Notes: generated by a model not told the origin, from the letters alone. A stretch of DNA of 64,000 bases from Eledone cirrhosa (GCA_964016885.1 CAXHJY010000226.1:1054-65053), one strand, 5' to 3'. Counted from the stretch's first letter, positions 16,589 to 29,856 are shown. Made by a program: numbers and translations.

Positions 16589-16807
16589 AAAGCAAAATTA
16601 TGTAGTTCATCAGTAGTAGAATATTAATTATAGGTTAACTAAATTAAAAATAGTATTATATTAATTTCTAAAGTGTATATTAAATAGGTTTATAATTTTT
16701 AAAGCAAAATTATGTAGTTCATCAGTAGTAGAATATTAATTATAGGTTAACTAAATTAAAAATAATATATAAATTAATTTCTAAAGTGTATATTAATTAG
16801 GTTTATA
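16589..16807. repeat. ~112-bp tandem duplication at the end of the PLE ORF
   Basis: aaagcaaaattatgtagttcatcagtagtagaat occurs at ~16589 and 16701. Confidence 0.85.
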
Positions 16808-17360
16808 ATATTTAAAGATTTTTCTCAGTTTATGATTACACGATATTATTAATTCCTGTCGCTTATTTAATAGGATATCCTTAGATTTCATTATTTCAAA
16901 AAGTTCTTGGGAACATAATCTACATTCATTTCTACTATTTTGATAAGGGGTGGCCCTTTTGAGCACACTCCAGGTCAGGTCATATTCTATATTCCTCTTT
17001 CTATAGCTATTTATTATTTGAGCTAGAGATGTTGTATTAGCTAGTGCGGCATTTTTAAAACTATGTTTGTGGGTATTAAATCTTACCTTAAATTTGTTAG
17101 AGGTAGCTCCTATATATGAATAAATTGAGTCCTTAGTGTTAACTTTACATTTATATACTATGATATTAACAAGGCAATTTCCTTTTAATGGACAGTTTGC
17201 CTTGTTTCTACAGTTACAACTTTTCGTGAATCCTGTATCTGAGGAGATATTATGGTTAGTTTGATGTACTGGTGGTATACTCATATATGCATTATAGGCA
17301 CTTATATTTTGTTTTATGTTTTTGGTTGTTGAGTAGGAGAATTTAACCGTTGATCTATTT
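16793..17360 (-). pseudogene. PLE C-terminal GIY-YIG endonuclease fragment
   Basis: [11 protein letters not shown]...[45 protein letters not shown]...[15 protein letters not shown]...[14 protein letters not shown]. The ORF track's extension to 17620 is only TA repeat. Confidence 0.88.
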
Positions 17361-17365
17361 ATACA

Positions 17366-17497
<132 letters not shown>

Positions 17498-17498
17498 C

Positions 17499-17531
<33 letters not shown>

Positions 17532-17570
17532 CATAAAAATATATATATATACATATATATATATATAAAT

Positions 17571-17717
<147 letters not shown>

Positions 17718-17840
17718 CATATATATATATATAAAAATTAAAATACTAGAGTTAAACACGCTCGTCGTATTATAGAAATGACAGTATGAGATATATCTCA
17801 ATGTAATATAACAGAGCCGAAAATACATATATATATATAT

Positions 17841-18473
17841 ATCAAGATAAGCAGAACAAGTAAAATTCAACCACTTTTTCAAAATAAATTAAAATTAATA
17901 TACAATTAAAATTAATCAAAATTAAAAAATATAATATAAATATTTACCTATTCAAATGGCCCTAACTGTACAGTTTCACGGTGCAAAACATTAAATATCA
18001 TGAGGATATTAATGGAAAAGCAACGATCATCAGAGAAGCATTTTCCTGTCCTAGGGTTAAAAACCCCAGGAACGACAAAATATATGACCTCACTCCAACT
18101 AATACAGGTCTGAAAGGTCGTGAAAGTGACCCGTAAATACATTGGTGTATAGTGAAGGCGGGAAATCGTAGACTAGCCGTCTATGATCGCTACTAAAAAA
18201 GATTTTTAGCAACTAAATAGAACGACAAAGATTTATCTCTACACACTGGAGATTATTGAATAAGGTTAATATATATCTGAGGGTACAATGTACCCCCGGA
18301 AATATATAGTGTGTCTATGATTTACGGTGGTTCTATGGTAATAATTTGATATACCAGAACTTAATATCAAGATAAGCAGAACAAGTAAAATTCAACCAAT
18401 TTTTCAAAATAAATCAAAATTAATATACAATTAAAATTAATCAAAATTAAAAAATATAATATAAATATTTACC
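17841..18473 (-). mobile_element. ~525-bp HHR-containing unit with a ~108-bp terminal direct repeat (partial tandem / pseudo-LTR)
   Basis: atcaagataagcagaacaag...aaatatttaccta is present at 17841-17950 and 18366-18473. Confidence 0.8.
17956..18041 (-). ncRNA. Type I hammerhead ribozyme with extended stem II
   Basis: Minus strand: ATGCTTCT-CTGATGA-TCGTTGC..CATTAATATC..GATATTTAATG..GCACCGT-GAAA-CTGTACAG-TT-AGGGCCAT. Palindromic stem III, GUU triplet, imperfect stems I and II. Confidence 0.7.
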
Positions 18474-18531
18474 TATATATATGTATATACACATATATAT
18501 ATATATATACATATAAATATATATAGATACT

Positions 18532-18562
<31 letters not shown>

Positions 18563-18582
18563 TTACATATAAATATATATAG

Positions 18583-18727
<145 letters not shown>

Positions 18728-18825
18728 CATATATATACATATATATATATATATATACATATATATATACATATATATATATATACATATATATATACAT
18801 ATATATATACATATATATAGTATAT

Positions 18826-20107
18826 AAGGGAGAGGATCAGGAGTGTGTAACACTCCACTTATCCAATAGGCAGTATAAGGTTAGCTCGATGTCTGAGGAC
18901 AGAGCCGTAATATAATTAACAACAAAGAACGCTTAGAGCATAGGTATATCTTTACTTGCTGACAGTGTTTCGTCCACACTATAAGTGGGACTCATCAGAG
19001 CATAAAGAGTGATTACATATTACACAAGCAATAACAAATCCAAGACATTGAAGAAATAAAAAATAAACATTGAACAATAAGCATCGAAAAATAAGAGGTG
19101 CTATCAGTCACAGTTGGGCAGGGTGCTGTTAACATACAAGCATACACATAAGCATGAGCACCTGCATGCAACCACGCAACAGGCAGCCATATGCAACACA
19201 TATAGTATAGACTAATACAAATAACATATCATGGACGAGTATGCAAAAGCTAAGAGATGAATGGTGGATATACAATGGGTAAAAATACAATGGGTAAAAG
19301 TAAGATAAACAAAGGATAAAAATAGATTAACCATAGATAAAAAATATAGATATACCATAGATGAAAAATAGATTAACCATGGATAAGAGATAGAGAATAG
19401 ATAAGGAATAGACAAGAATAGATAAGATAGATAGGAGAAGATAAAAATAGATGAAAAATAGACAAATAATATATATAAAAAATATAAAAAATATATATAA
19501 AATATACAGATAATAGAGATAAAGGGTAAAGAATAAAATAAAATAAAATAAAATTATATAAAATAAAATACAATGAAATAAAATAAAATAAAGTAAAGTG
19601 AGATAAGATATATATTTTTTGAATATATTTCTTGAATATATCAGGGGCACACGAACGCCTTAAGTGTTACAGTTATCCATATCACAACAATCAAATGCTC
19701 AAATGAGATTTATAATCAACTGGTGCCATGTCCACACTCGATTGAGTTGACCATTGCAATGGAGACATCCCAGGTTGGGCAGTCACATAAGTTCACACTC
19801 GAAAGTCACGGGTGTGCATTCACACAGTTGAGCGGTGGGGCAATCACAAAAGGTTCACACTCGGGCGGGAATCCATTGGTCAACAGAGGTATATCCACAT
19901 CACTAGCAAGGACGTATGCAAGGAAGGTAGGTAAATTCACATGCAGCAGCAGGAACATCCATGGGCAGATAACTGAGTGTCACGAAGTCACAAGGTAGCA
20001 AGCAAAATCGTTTACATCAACATGAACATCAAGAGGCAGATAAGTGGGCCGAAAGCAAGCAAGTGCAGGTGGGGAAGAGATGCATGTCCACACGTGTAGT
20101 CGCCCGA
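18826..20107 (-). mobile_element. Non-coding HHR-bearing element (probable non-autonomous PLE derivative), homologous to 49070-49810
   Basis: 18826-19170 is the diverged reverse complement of ~49450-49810. It is flanked by TA. The 5' extent to 20107 is assigned by contiguity. Confidence 0.7.
18951..19006 (-). ncRNA. Canonical minimal type I hammerhead ribozyme
   Basis: Minus strand: TTTATGCT-CTGATGA-GTCC-CACTTATAGTGT-GGAC-GAAAC-ACT-GTC-AGCAAGTAAA. Confidence 0.92.
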
Positions 20108-20132
20108 TATATGTATATACATATATATATAC

Positions 20133-20193
<61 letters not shown>

Positions 20194-20372
20194 CACATAT
20201 ATATATATACACACATATATATATATACATATATATATATATACATATATATATATACATCTATATATACATATATATATATAAATATATATATATATAC
20301 ATATACACATATATATATATACATATATATATACATATATATATATACACACATATATATAAATATATATAT

Positions 20373-22208
20373 ATAAAAACAAATAACGAAACGAAATTAA
20401 ATTTTGTTTCATTTGTAACTCACTTTTGTATGACTGACGCTTAAACAATTAAGTTAAAGATGTACATCCATATATGTATACTGAAATACTAGTATGTATA
20501 TGAATACACACACGTATACATATGTAGATGTACCAAGTTTTTTCACTGGTCACTTTACTGTGAGTGGCCAGCTATTCTGTATGTAAACACACAGACAAAC
20601 CGGTTTTTAGAGTCATACTGGTTTTTGAGGAAACACCTTTCCTCTATTCTCCAGAAAGCCAGACAAGGAATATTGAACTAGTTTCGTTGTTGTTACAACT
20701 CATCAGCAATATTTACCTATCTTCCGGCCTCTCTAGAGAATCGTAAAAGCACATATCGTTATATGCTTTTTCTATGAAAATTAGTAGTGGGCATACTAAT
20801 TTGCATAGAGTGTGAGTAAGTACCGGTTCAACGGAGACGATAAAAACAAATAACGAAACGAAATTAAATTTTGTTTCATTTGTAACTCACTTTTGTATGA
20901 CTGACGCTTAAACAATTAAGTTAAAGATGTACATCCATATATGTATACTGAAATACTAGTATGTATATGAATACACACACGTATACATATGTAGATGTAC
21001 CAAGTTTTTTCACTGGTCACTTTACTGTGAGTGGCCAGCTATTCTGTATGTAAACACACAGACAAACCGGTTTTTAGAGTCATACTGGTTTTTGAGGAAA
21101 CACCTTTCCTCTATTCTCCAGAAAGCCAGACAAGGAATATTGAACTAGTTTCGTTGTTGTTACAACTCATCAGCAATATTTACCTATCTTCCGGCCTCTC
21201 TAGAGAATCGTAAAAGCACATATCGTTATATGCTTTTTCTATGAAAATTAGTAGTGGGCATACTAATTTGCATAGAGTGTGAGTAAGTACCGGTTCAACG
21301 GAGACGATAAAAACAAATAACGAAACGAAATTAAATTTTGTTTCATTTGTAACTCACTTTTGTATGACTGACGCTTAAACAATTAAGTTAAAGATGTACA
21401 TCCATATATGTATACTGAAATACTAGTATGTATATGAATACACACACGTATACATATGTAGATGTACCAAGTTTTTTCACTGGTCACTTTACTGTGAGTG
21501 GCCAGCTATTCTGTATGTAAACACACAGACAAACCGGTTTTTAGAGTCATACTGGTTTTTGAGGAAACACCTTTCCTCTATTCTCCAGAAAGCCAGACAA
21601 GGAATATTGAACTAGTTTCGTTGTTGTTACAACTCATCAGCAATATTTACCTATCTTCCGGCCTCTCTAGAGAATCGTAAAAGCACATATCGTTATATGC
21701 TTTTTCTATGAAAATTAGTAGTGGGCATACTAATTTGCATAGAGTGTGAGTAAGTACCGGTTCAACGGAGACGATAAAAACAAATAACGAAACGAAATTA
21801 AATTTTGTTTCATTTGTAACTCACTTTTGTATGACTGACGCTTAAACAATTAAGTTAAAGATGTACATCCATATATGTATACTGAAATACTAGTATGTAT
21901 ATGAATACACACACGTATACATATGTAGATGTACCAAGTTTTTTCACTGGTCACTTTACTGTGAGTGGCCAGCTATTCTGTATGTAAACACACAGACAAA
22001 CCGGTTTTTAGAGTCATACTGGTTTTTGAGGAAACACCTTTCCTCTATTCTCCAGAAAGCCAGACAAGGAATATTGAACTAGTTTCGTTGTTGTTACAAC
22101 TCATCAGCAATATTTACCTATCTTCCGGCCTCTCTAGAGAATCGTAAAAGCACATATCGTTATATGCTTTTTCTATGAAAATTAGTAGTGGGCATACTAA
22201 TTTGCATA
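20373..22208 (-). repeat. 467-bp tandem array, left arm (~3.9 units); HHRs on the minus strand at 20669-20713, 21136-21180, 21603-21647, 22070-22114
   Basis: Identical 60-aa ORFs every 467 bp. The unit contains aatattgaactagtttcgttgttgttacaactcatcagcaatatt (reverse complement of the HHR). Confidence 0.97.
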
Positions 22209-25200
22209 CTCAAAAACCAGTATGACTCTAAAAACCGGTTTGTCTGTGTGTTTACATACAGAATAGCTGGCCACTCACAGTAAAGTGACCAGTGAAAAAA
22301 CTTGGTACATCTACATATGTATACGTGTGTGTATTCATATACATACTAGTATTTCAGTATACATATATGGATGTACATCTTTAACTTAATTGTTTAAGCG
22401 TCAGTCATACAAAAGTGAGTTACAAATGAAACAAAATTTAATTTCGTTTCGTTATTTGTTTTTATCGTCTCCGTTGAACCGGTACTTACTCACACTCTAT
22501 GCAAATTAGTATGCCCACTACTAATTTTCATAGAAAAAGCATATAACGATATGTGCTTTTACGATTCTCTAGAGAGGCCGGAAGATAGGTAAATATTGCT
22601 GATGAGTTGTAACAACAACGAAACTAGTTCAATATTCCTTGTCTGGCTTTCTGGAGAATAGAGGAAAGGTGTTTCCTCAAAAACCAGTATGACTCTAAAA
22701 ACCGGTTTGTCTGTGTGTTTACATACAGAATAGCTGGCCACTCACAGTAAAGTGACCAGTGAAAAAACTTGGTACATCTACATATGTATACGTGTGTGTA
22801 TTCATATACATACTAGTATTTCAGTATACATATATGGATGTACATCTTTAACTTAATTGTTTAAGCGTCAGTCATACAAAAGTGAGTTACAAATGAAACA
22901 AAATTTAATTTCGTTTCGTTATTTGTTTTTATCGTCTCCGTTGAACCGGTACTTACTCACACTCTATGCAAATTAGTATGCCCACTACTAATTTTCATAG
23001 AAAAAGCATATAACGATATGTGCTTTTACGATTCTCTAGAGAGGCCGGAAGATAGGTAAATATTGCTGATGAGTTGTAACAACAACGAAACTAGTTCAAT
23101 ATTCCTTGTCTGGCTTTCTGGAGAATAGAGGAAAGGTGTTTCCTCAAAAACCAGTATGACTCTAAAAACCGGTTTGTCTGTGTGTTTACATACAGAATAG
23201 CTGGCCACTCACAGTAAAGTGACCAGTGAAAAAACTTGGTACATCTACATATGTATACGTGTGTGTATTCATATACATACTAGTATTTCAGTATACATAT
23301 ATGGATGTACATCTTTAACTTAATTGTTTAAGCGTCAGTCATACAAAAGTGAGTTACAAATGAAACAAAATTTAATTTCGTTTCGTTATTTGTTTTTATC
23401 GTCTCCGTTGAACCGGTACTTACTCACACTCTATGCAAATTAGTATGCCCACTACTAATTTTCATAGAAAAAGCATATAACGATATGTGCTTTTACGATT
23501 CTCTAGAGAGGCCGGAAGATAGGTAAATATTGCTGATGAGTTGTAACAACAACGAAACTAGTTCAATATTCCTTGTCTGGCTTTCTGGAGAATAGAGGAA
23601 AGGTGTTTCCTCAAAAACCAGTATGACTCTAAAAACCGGTTTGTCTGTGTGTTTACATACAGAATAGCTGGCCACTCACAGTAAAGTGACCAGTGAAAAA
23701 ACTTGGTACATCTACATATGTATACGTGTGTGTATTCATATACATACTAGTATTTCAGTATACATATATGGATGTACATCTTTAACTTAATTGTTTAAGC
23801 GTCAGTCATACAAAAGTGAGTTACAAATGAAACAAAATTTAATTTCGTTTCGTTATTTGTTTTTATCGTCTCCGTTGAACCGGTACTTACTCACACTCTA
23901 TGCAAATTAGTATGCCCACTACTAATTTTCATAGAAAAAGCATATAACGATATGTGCTTTTACGATTCTCTAGAGAGGCCGGAAGATAGGTAAATATTGC
24001 TGATGAGTTGTAACAACAACGAAACTAGTTCAATATTCCTTGTCTGGCTTTCTGGAGAATAGAGGAAAGGTGTTTCCTCAAAAACCAGTATGACTCTAAA
24101 AACCGGTTTGTCTGTGTGTTTACATACAGAATAGCTGGCCACTCACAGTAAAGTGACCAGTGAAAAAACTTGGTACATCTACATATGTATACGTGTGTGT
24201 ATTCATATACATACTAGTATTTCAGTATACATATATGGATGTACATCTTTAACTTAATTGTTTAAGCGTCAGTCATACAAAAGTGAGTTACAAATGAAAC
24301 AAAATTTAATTTCGTTTCGTTATTTGTTTTTATCGTCTCCGTTGAACCGGTACTTACTCACACTCTATGCAAATTAGTATGCCCACTACTAATTTTCATA
24401 GAAAAAGCATATAACGATATGTGCTTTTACGATTCTCTAGAGAGGCCGGAAGATAGGTAAATATTGCTGATGAGTTGTAACAACAACGAAACTAGTTCAA
24501 TATTCCTTGTCTGGCTTTCTGGAGAATAGAGGAAAGGTGTTTCCTCAAAAACCAGTATGACTCTAAAAACCGGTTTGTCTGTGTGTTTACATACAGAATA
24601 GCTGGCCACTCACAGTAAAGTGACCAGTGAAAAAACTTGGTACATCTACATATGTATACGTGTGTGTATTCATATACATACTAGTATTTCAGTATACATA
24701 TATGGATGTACATCTTTAACTTAATTGTTTAAGCGTCAGTCATACAAAAGTGAGTTACAAATGAAACAAAATTTAATTTCGTTTCGTTATTTGTTTTTAT
24801 CGTCTCCGTTGAACCGGTACTTACTCACACTCTATGCAAATTAGTATGCCCACTACTAATTTTCATAGAAAAAGCATATAACGATATGTGCTTTTACGAT
24901 TCTCTAGAGAGGCCGGAAGATAGGTAAATATTGCTGATGAGTTGTAACAACAACGAAACTAGTTCAATATTCCTTGTCTGGCTTTCTGGAGAATAGAGGA
25001 AAGGTGTTTCCTCAAAAACCAGTATGACTCTAAAAACCGGTTTGTCTGTGTGTTTACATACAGAATAGCTGGCCACTCACAGTAAAGTGACCAGTGAAAA
25101 AACTTGGTACATCTACATATGTATACGTGTGTGTATTCATATACATACTAGTATTTCAGTATACATATATGGATGTACATCTTTAACTTAATTGTTTAAG

Positions 25201-27063
25201 CGTCAGTCATACAAAAGTGAGTTACAAATGAAACAAAATTTAATTTCGTTTCGTTATTTGTTTTTATCGTCTCCGTTGAACCGGTACTTACTCACACTCT
25301 ATGCAAATTAGTATGCCCACTACTAATTTTCATAGAAAAAGCATATAACGATATGTGCTTTTACGATTCTCTAGAGAGGCCGGAAGATAGGTAAATATTG
25401 CTGATGAGTTGTAACAACAACGAAACTAGTTCAATATTCCTTGTCTGGCTTTCTGGAGAATAGAGGAAAGGTGTTTCCTCAAAAACCAGTATGACTCTAA
25501 AAACCGGTTTGTCTGTGTGTTTACATACAGAATAGCTGGCCACTCACAGTAAAGTGACCAGTGAAAAAACTTGGTACATCTACATATGTATACGTGTGTG
25601 TATTCATATACATACTAGTATTTCAGTATACATATATGGATGTACATCTTTAACTTAATTGTTTAAGCGTCAGTCATACAAAAGTGAGTTACAAATGAAA
25701 CAAAATTTAATTTCGTTTCGTTATTTGTTTTTATCGTCTCCGTTGAACCGGTACTTACTCACACTCTATGCAAATTAGTATGCCCACTACTAATTTTCAT
25801 AGAAAAAGCATATAACGATATGTGCTTTTACGATTCTCTAGAGAGGCCGGAAGATAGGTAAATATTGCTGATGAGTTGTAACAACAACGAAACTAGTTCA
25901 ATATTCCTTGTCTGGCTTTCTGGAGAATAGAGGAAAGGTGTTTCCTCAAAAACCAGTATGACTCTAAAAACCGGTTTGTCTGTGTGTTTACATACAGAAT
26001 AGCTGGCCACTCACAGTAAAGTGACCAGTGAAAAAACTTGGTACATCTACATATGTATACGTGTGTGTATTCATATACATACTAGTATTTCAGTATACAT
26101 ATATGGATGTACATCTTTAACTTAATTGTTTAAGCGTCAGTCATACAAAAGTGAGTTACAAATGAAACAAAATTTAATTTCGTTTCGTTATTTGTTTTTA
26201 TCGTCTCCGTTGAACCGGTACTTACTCACACTCTATGCAAATTAGTATGCCCACTACTAATTTTCATAGAAAAAGCATATAACGATATGTGCTTTTACGA
26301 TTCTCTAGAGAGGCCGGAAGATAGGTAAATATTGCTGATGAGTTGTAACAACAACGAAACTAGTTCAATATTCCTTGTCTGGCTTTCTGGAGAATAGAGG
26401 AAAGGTGTTTCCTCAAAAACCAGTATGACTCTAAAAACCGGTTTGTCTGTGTGTTTACATACAGAATAGCTGGCCACTCACAGTAAAGTGACCAGTGAAA
26501 AAACTTGGTACATCTACATATGTATACGTGTGTGTATTCATATACATACTAGTATTTCAGTATACATATATGGATGTACATCTTTAACTTAATTGTTTAA
26601 GCGTCAGTCATACAAAAGTGAGTTACAAATGAAACAAAATTTAATTTCGTTTCGTTATTTGTTTTTATCGTCTCCGTTGAACCGGTACTTACTCACACTC
26701 TATGCAAATTAGTATGCCCACTACTAATTTTCATAGAAAAAGCATATAACGATATGTGCTTTTACGATTCTCTAGAGAGGCCGGAAGATAGGTAAATATT
26801 GCTGATGAGTTGTAACAACAACGAAACTAGTTCAATATTCCTTGTCTGGCTTTCTGGAGAATAGAGGAAAGGTGTTTCCTCAAAAACCAGTATGACTCTA
26901 AAAACCGGTTTGTCTGTGTGTTTACATACAGAATAGCTGGCCACTCACAGTAAAGTGACCAGTGAAAAAACTTGGTACATCTACATATGTATACGTGTGT
27001 GTATTCATATACATACTAGTATTTCAGTATACATATATGGATGTACATCTTTAACTTAATTGT
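22209..27063 (+). repeat. 467-bp tandem array, right arm (~10.4 units, inverted relative to the left arm); one HHR per unit
   Basis: Orientation flips at tttgcata|ctcaaaaacc (22208/22209). The period of 467 is confirmed by the ORF track. Confidence 0.97.
22592..22636 (+). ncRNA. Minimal type I hammerhead ribozyme (first of 10 plus-strand copies, every 467 bp to 26795-26839)
   Basis: AATATTG-CTGATGA-GTTG-TAACAA-CAAC-GAAAC-TA-GTT-CAATATT. Intact core, 7-bp stem I, 4-bp stem II, palindromic loop III, GUU triplet. Confidence 0.92.
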
Positions 27064-27101
27064 ATATATATATATATATATATATACATATATATATGTA
27101 C

Positions 27102-27132
<31 letters not shown>

Positions 27133-27351
27133 TACATATATATATATATATACATACATATATATATATATACATATATATATATATGTATATACATATA
27201 TATATATACATATATACATATATATATATACATATATATACAAATATATATACATATACATATATATATATATATATATACATATATATATACATATATA
27301 TACACATATCTAAATATATATACATATATATAAATATATATATATACACAC

Positions 27352-27382
<31 letters not shown>

Positions 27383-27409
27383 CATTTATATATATATATA
27401 TATATACAT

Positions 27410-27608
27410 AAAATATTAAACAAATAATGAACAAACAATTCCTTATATTAAACAAAAAAAGTTCACTATTTAACGATCGTTTCTAGGGCATATATGTGTT
27501 ATAATTGGTATGCATATTTAACAGATCTATGTACAAAATTATACAAAATTATACAAATTATCAAGATTAAATATACATACCTAACTCATATATACGCCGT
27601 CTTCAGAT
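27410..27608 (-). mobile_element. 3'-terminal fragment related to 15310-15495 (PLE-associated)
   Basis: Shares aaacaattccttatattaaa, acgatcg..tctagg, ttggtatgcatatt, agatctatgtacaa and gtcttcaga with 15310-15495. Confidence 0.7.
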
Positions 27609-27681
27609 ACATATATATATATATACACTTATATATATATACACATATATATATATATACATATATATATATACGTACATA

Positions 27682-27717
<36 letters not shown>

Positions 27718-27865
27718 CATATTTATATATATAAATATATACACATATATATATATACATATATACATATATATATACATATATATATACATATATATAT
27801 ATACATATATATATATACATATATATAATATATATATATATATACACATATATGTATATATATAC

Positions 27866-27898
<33 letters not shown>

Positions 27899-28002
27899 CA
27901 TAAAAATATATATATATACATATATATATATATAAATATATATATATATAAATATATATATATATACATATATACATATATATATATGTATATATATATA
28001 TG

Positions 28003-28070
<68 letters not shown>

Positions 28071-28119
28071 CATAAATATATATACACATATATATATACA
28101 CATATATATACATATATAT

Positions 28120-28216
<97 letters not shown>

Positions 28217-28253
28217 TATATACATATATATATATATATACATATATATATAC

Positions 28254-28340
<87 letters not shown>

Positions 28341-28365
28341 CATATATATAAATACATATATATAC

Positions 28366-28454
<89 letters not shown>

Positions 28455-28490
28455 CATATATATAAATATATATATATACATATACACATA

Positions 28491-28524
<34 letters not shown>

Positions 28525-28533
28525 CATATATAT

Positions 28534-28602
<69 letters not shown>

Positions 28603-28667
28603 TATATGTACATATATATATATATGTATATATATACATATATACATATATATATATATATACATAC

Positions 28668-28699
<32 letters not shown>

Positions 28700-28719
28700 G
28701 TATATACATATATATATAT

Positions 28720-28768
<49 letters not shown>

Positions 28769-28846
28769 CATATATATATATACACACATATATATATATA
28801 TACATATATATAATATATATATATATATACACATATATATATATAC

Positions 28847-28879
<33 letters not shown>

Positions 28880-28998
28880 CATAAAAATATATATATATAC
28901 ATATATATATATATAAATATATATATATATAAATATATATATATATACATATATACATATATACATATATATATATATACATAAATATATATATATAC

Positions 28999-29057
<59 letters not shown>

Positions 29058-29073
29058 CATATATATATATATA

Positions 29074-29164
29074 AAAATTAAAATATTAGAGTTAAACACT
29101 CGTCGTATTATAGAAATGACAGTATAAGATATAGCTCAATGTAATATAACACAGCCGAAAATAC
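29074..29164 (-). repeat. ~90-bp dispersed motif (also ~3203, 8781, 17734, 31117, 39071, 41369, 43671, 47261; partial at 63977)
   Basis: aaattaaaatattagagttaaacactcgtcgtattatagaaatgacagtataagatatagctcaatgtaatataacagagccgaaaatac. Related to 18845-18910. Confidence 0.9.
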
Positions 29165-29215
<51 letters not shown>

Positions 29216-29236
29216 CATATAAATATATATAGATAC

Positions 29237-29271
<35 letters not shown>

Positions 29272-29287
29272 CATATAAATATATATT

Positions 29288-29640
29288 GATATTGTTATAC
29301 TTTGGGAGGGTCATGTTGCCAATAAGAAACACACACAGAAACAAAATGGCGTAGGATAGAAGAAAGGAAAGGCACAGAAACAAAGAAAGGAATCCCCAGT
29401 CACTGAAGAGGTCACAGAGTGTGTGACGAAAGGACTATGACTATATATAAACAACTATCTGGTTGTGGAACCAACCAACCAACCAGAAATTTATAGGTTT
29501 GTAAATTTATAAATTTATAAATATATAATAAATTGAAGTGAAATCAACTGGTGCGTGTGTTTCTTATTGGCAACATGACCCTCCCAAAGTATAACAATAT
29601 CGGTTTCAACACACGATTTCAATTAAAGAATCTTATATAG
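29288..29640 (+). mobile_element. ~350-bp element with a 47-bp inverted repeat (29288-29334 / 29555-29601) and an internal HHR-like motif; 7 copies
   Basis: gatattgttatactttgggagggtcatgttgccaataagaaacacac ... gtgtgtttcttattggcaacatgaccctcccaaagtataacaatatc, then a ~35-nt extension. Other copies start near 31337, 39294, 41580, 43883, 47471 and 51714. Confidence 0.85.
29398..29442 (+). ncRNA. Minimal type I HHR-like motif with one extra G before stem II (copies 31447, 39404, 41692, 43994, 47581, 51824)
   Basis: AGTCA-CTGAAGA-G-GTCACA-GAGTG-TGTGAC-GAAAG-GA-CTA-TGACT. Confidence 0.75.
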
Positions 29641-29674
29641 ATACATATATATATATACATATATATATTTATAC

Positions 29675-29731
<57 letters not shown>

Positions 29732-29744
29732 CATATATATATAC

Positions 29745-29809
<65 letters not shown>

Positions 29810-29810
29810 C

Positions 29811-29843
<33 letters not shown>

Positions 29844-29856
29844 CATATATATATAC

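Larger units (their letters stand above)
15310..17360 (-). mobile_element. 5'-truncated Penelope-like element: GIY-YIG endonuclease region plus probable long 3' UTR
   Basis: The coding part is at 16793-17360. The downstream AT-rich sequence to ~15310 is assigned by contiguity only. Its terminal ~190 bp has a homologue at 27410-27608. Confidence 0.65.

Noticed and set aside
16600-16730. CTGATGA on the minus strand in the 112-bp duplication
   Set aside because: No downstream stem II-GAAA-stem III arrangement.
20564-26944. Repeated 60-aa ORF MASYSVCKHTDK... in the 467-bp unit
   Set aside because: It starts at GTG, lies antisense to the HHR, and its frame is not conserved in the diverged copy at 10026-10247. 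Most likely incidental.
20373-27063. CRISPR-like array
   Set aside because: The units are wholly identical with no unique spacers, the context is eukaryotic, and there are no cas genes.
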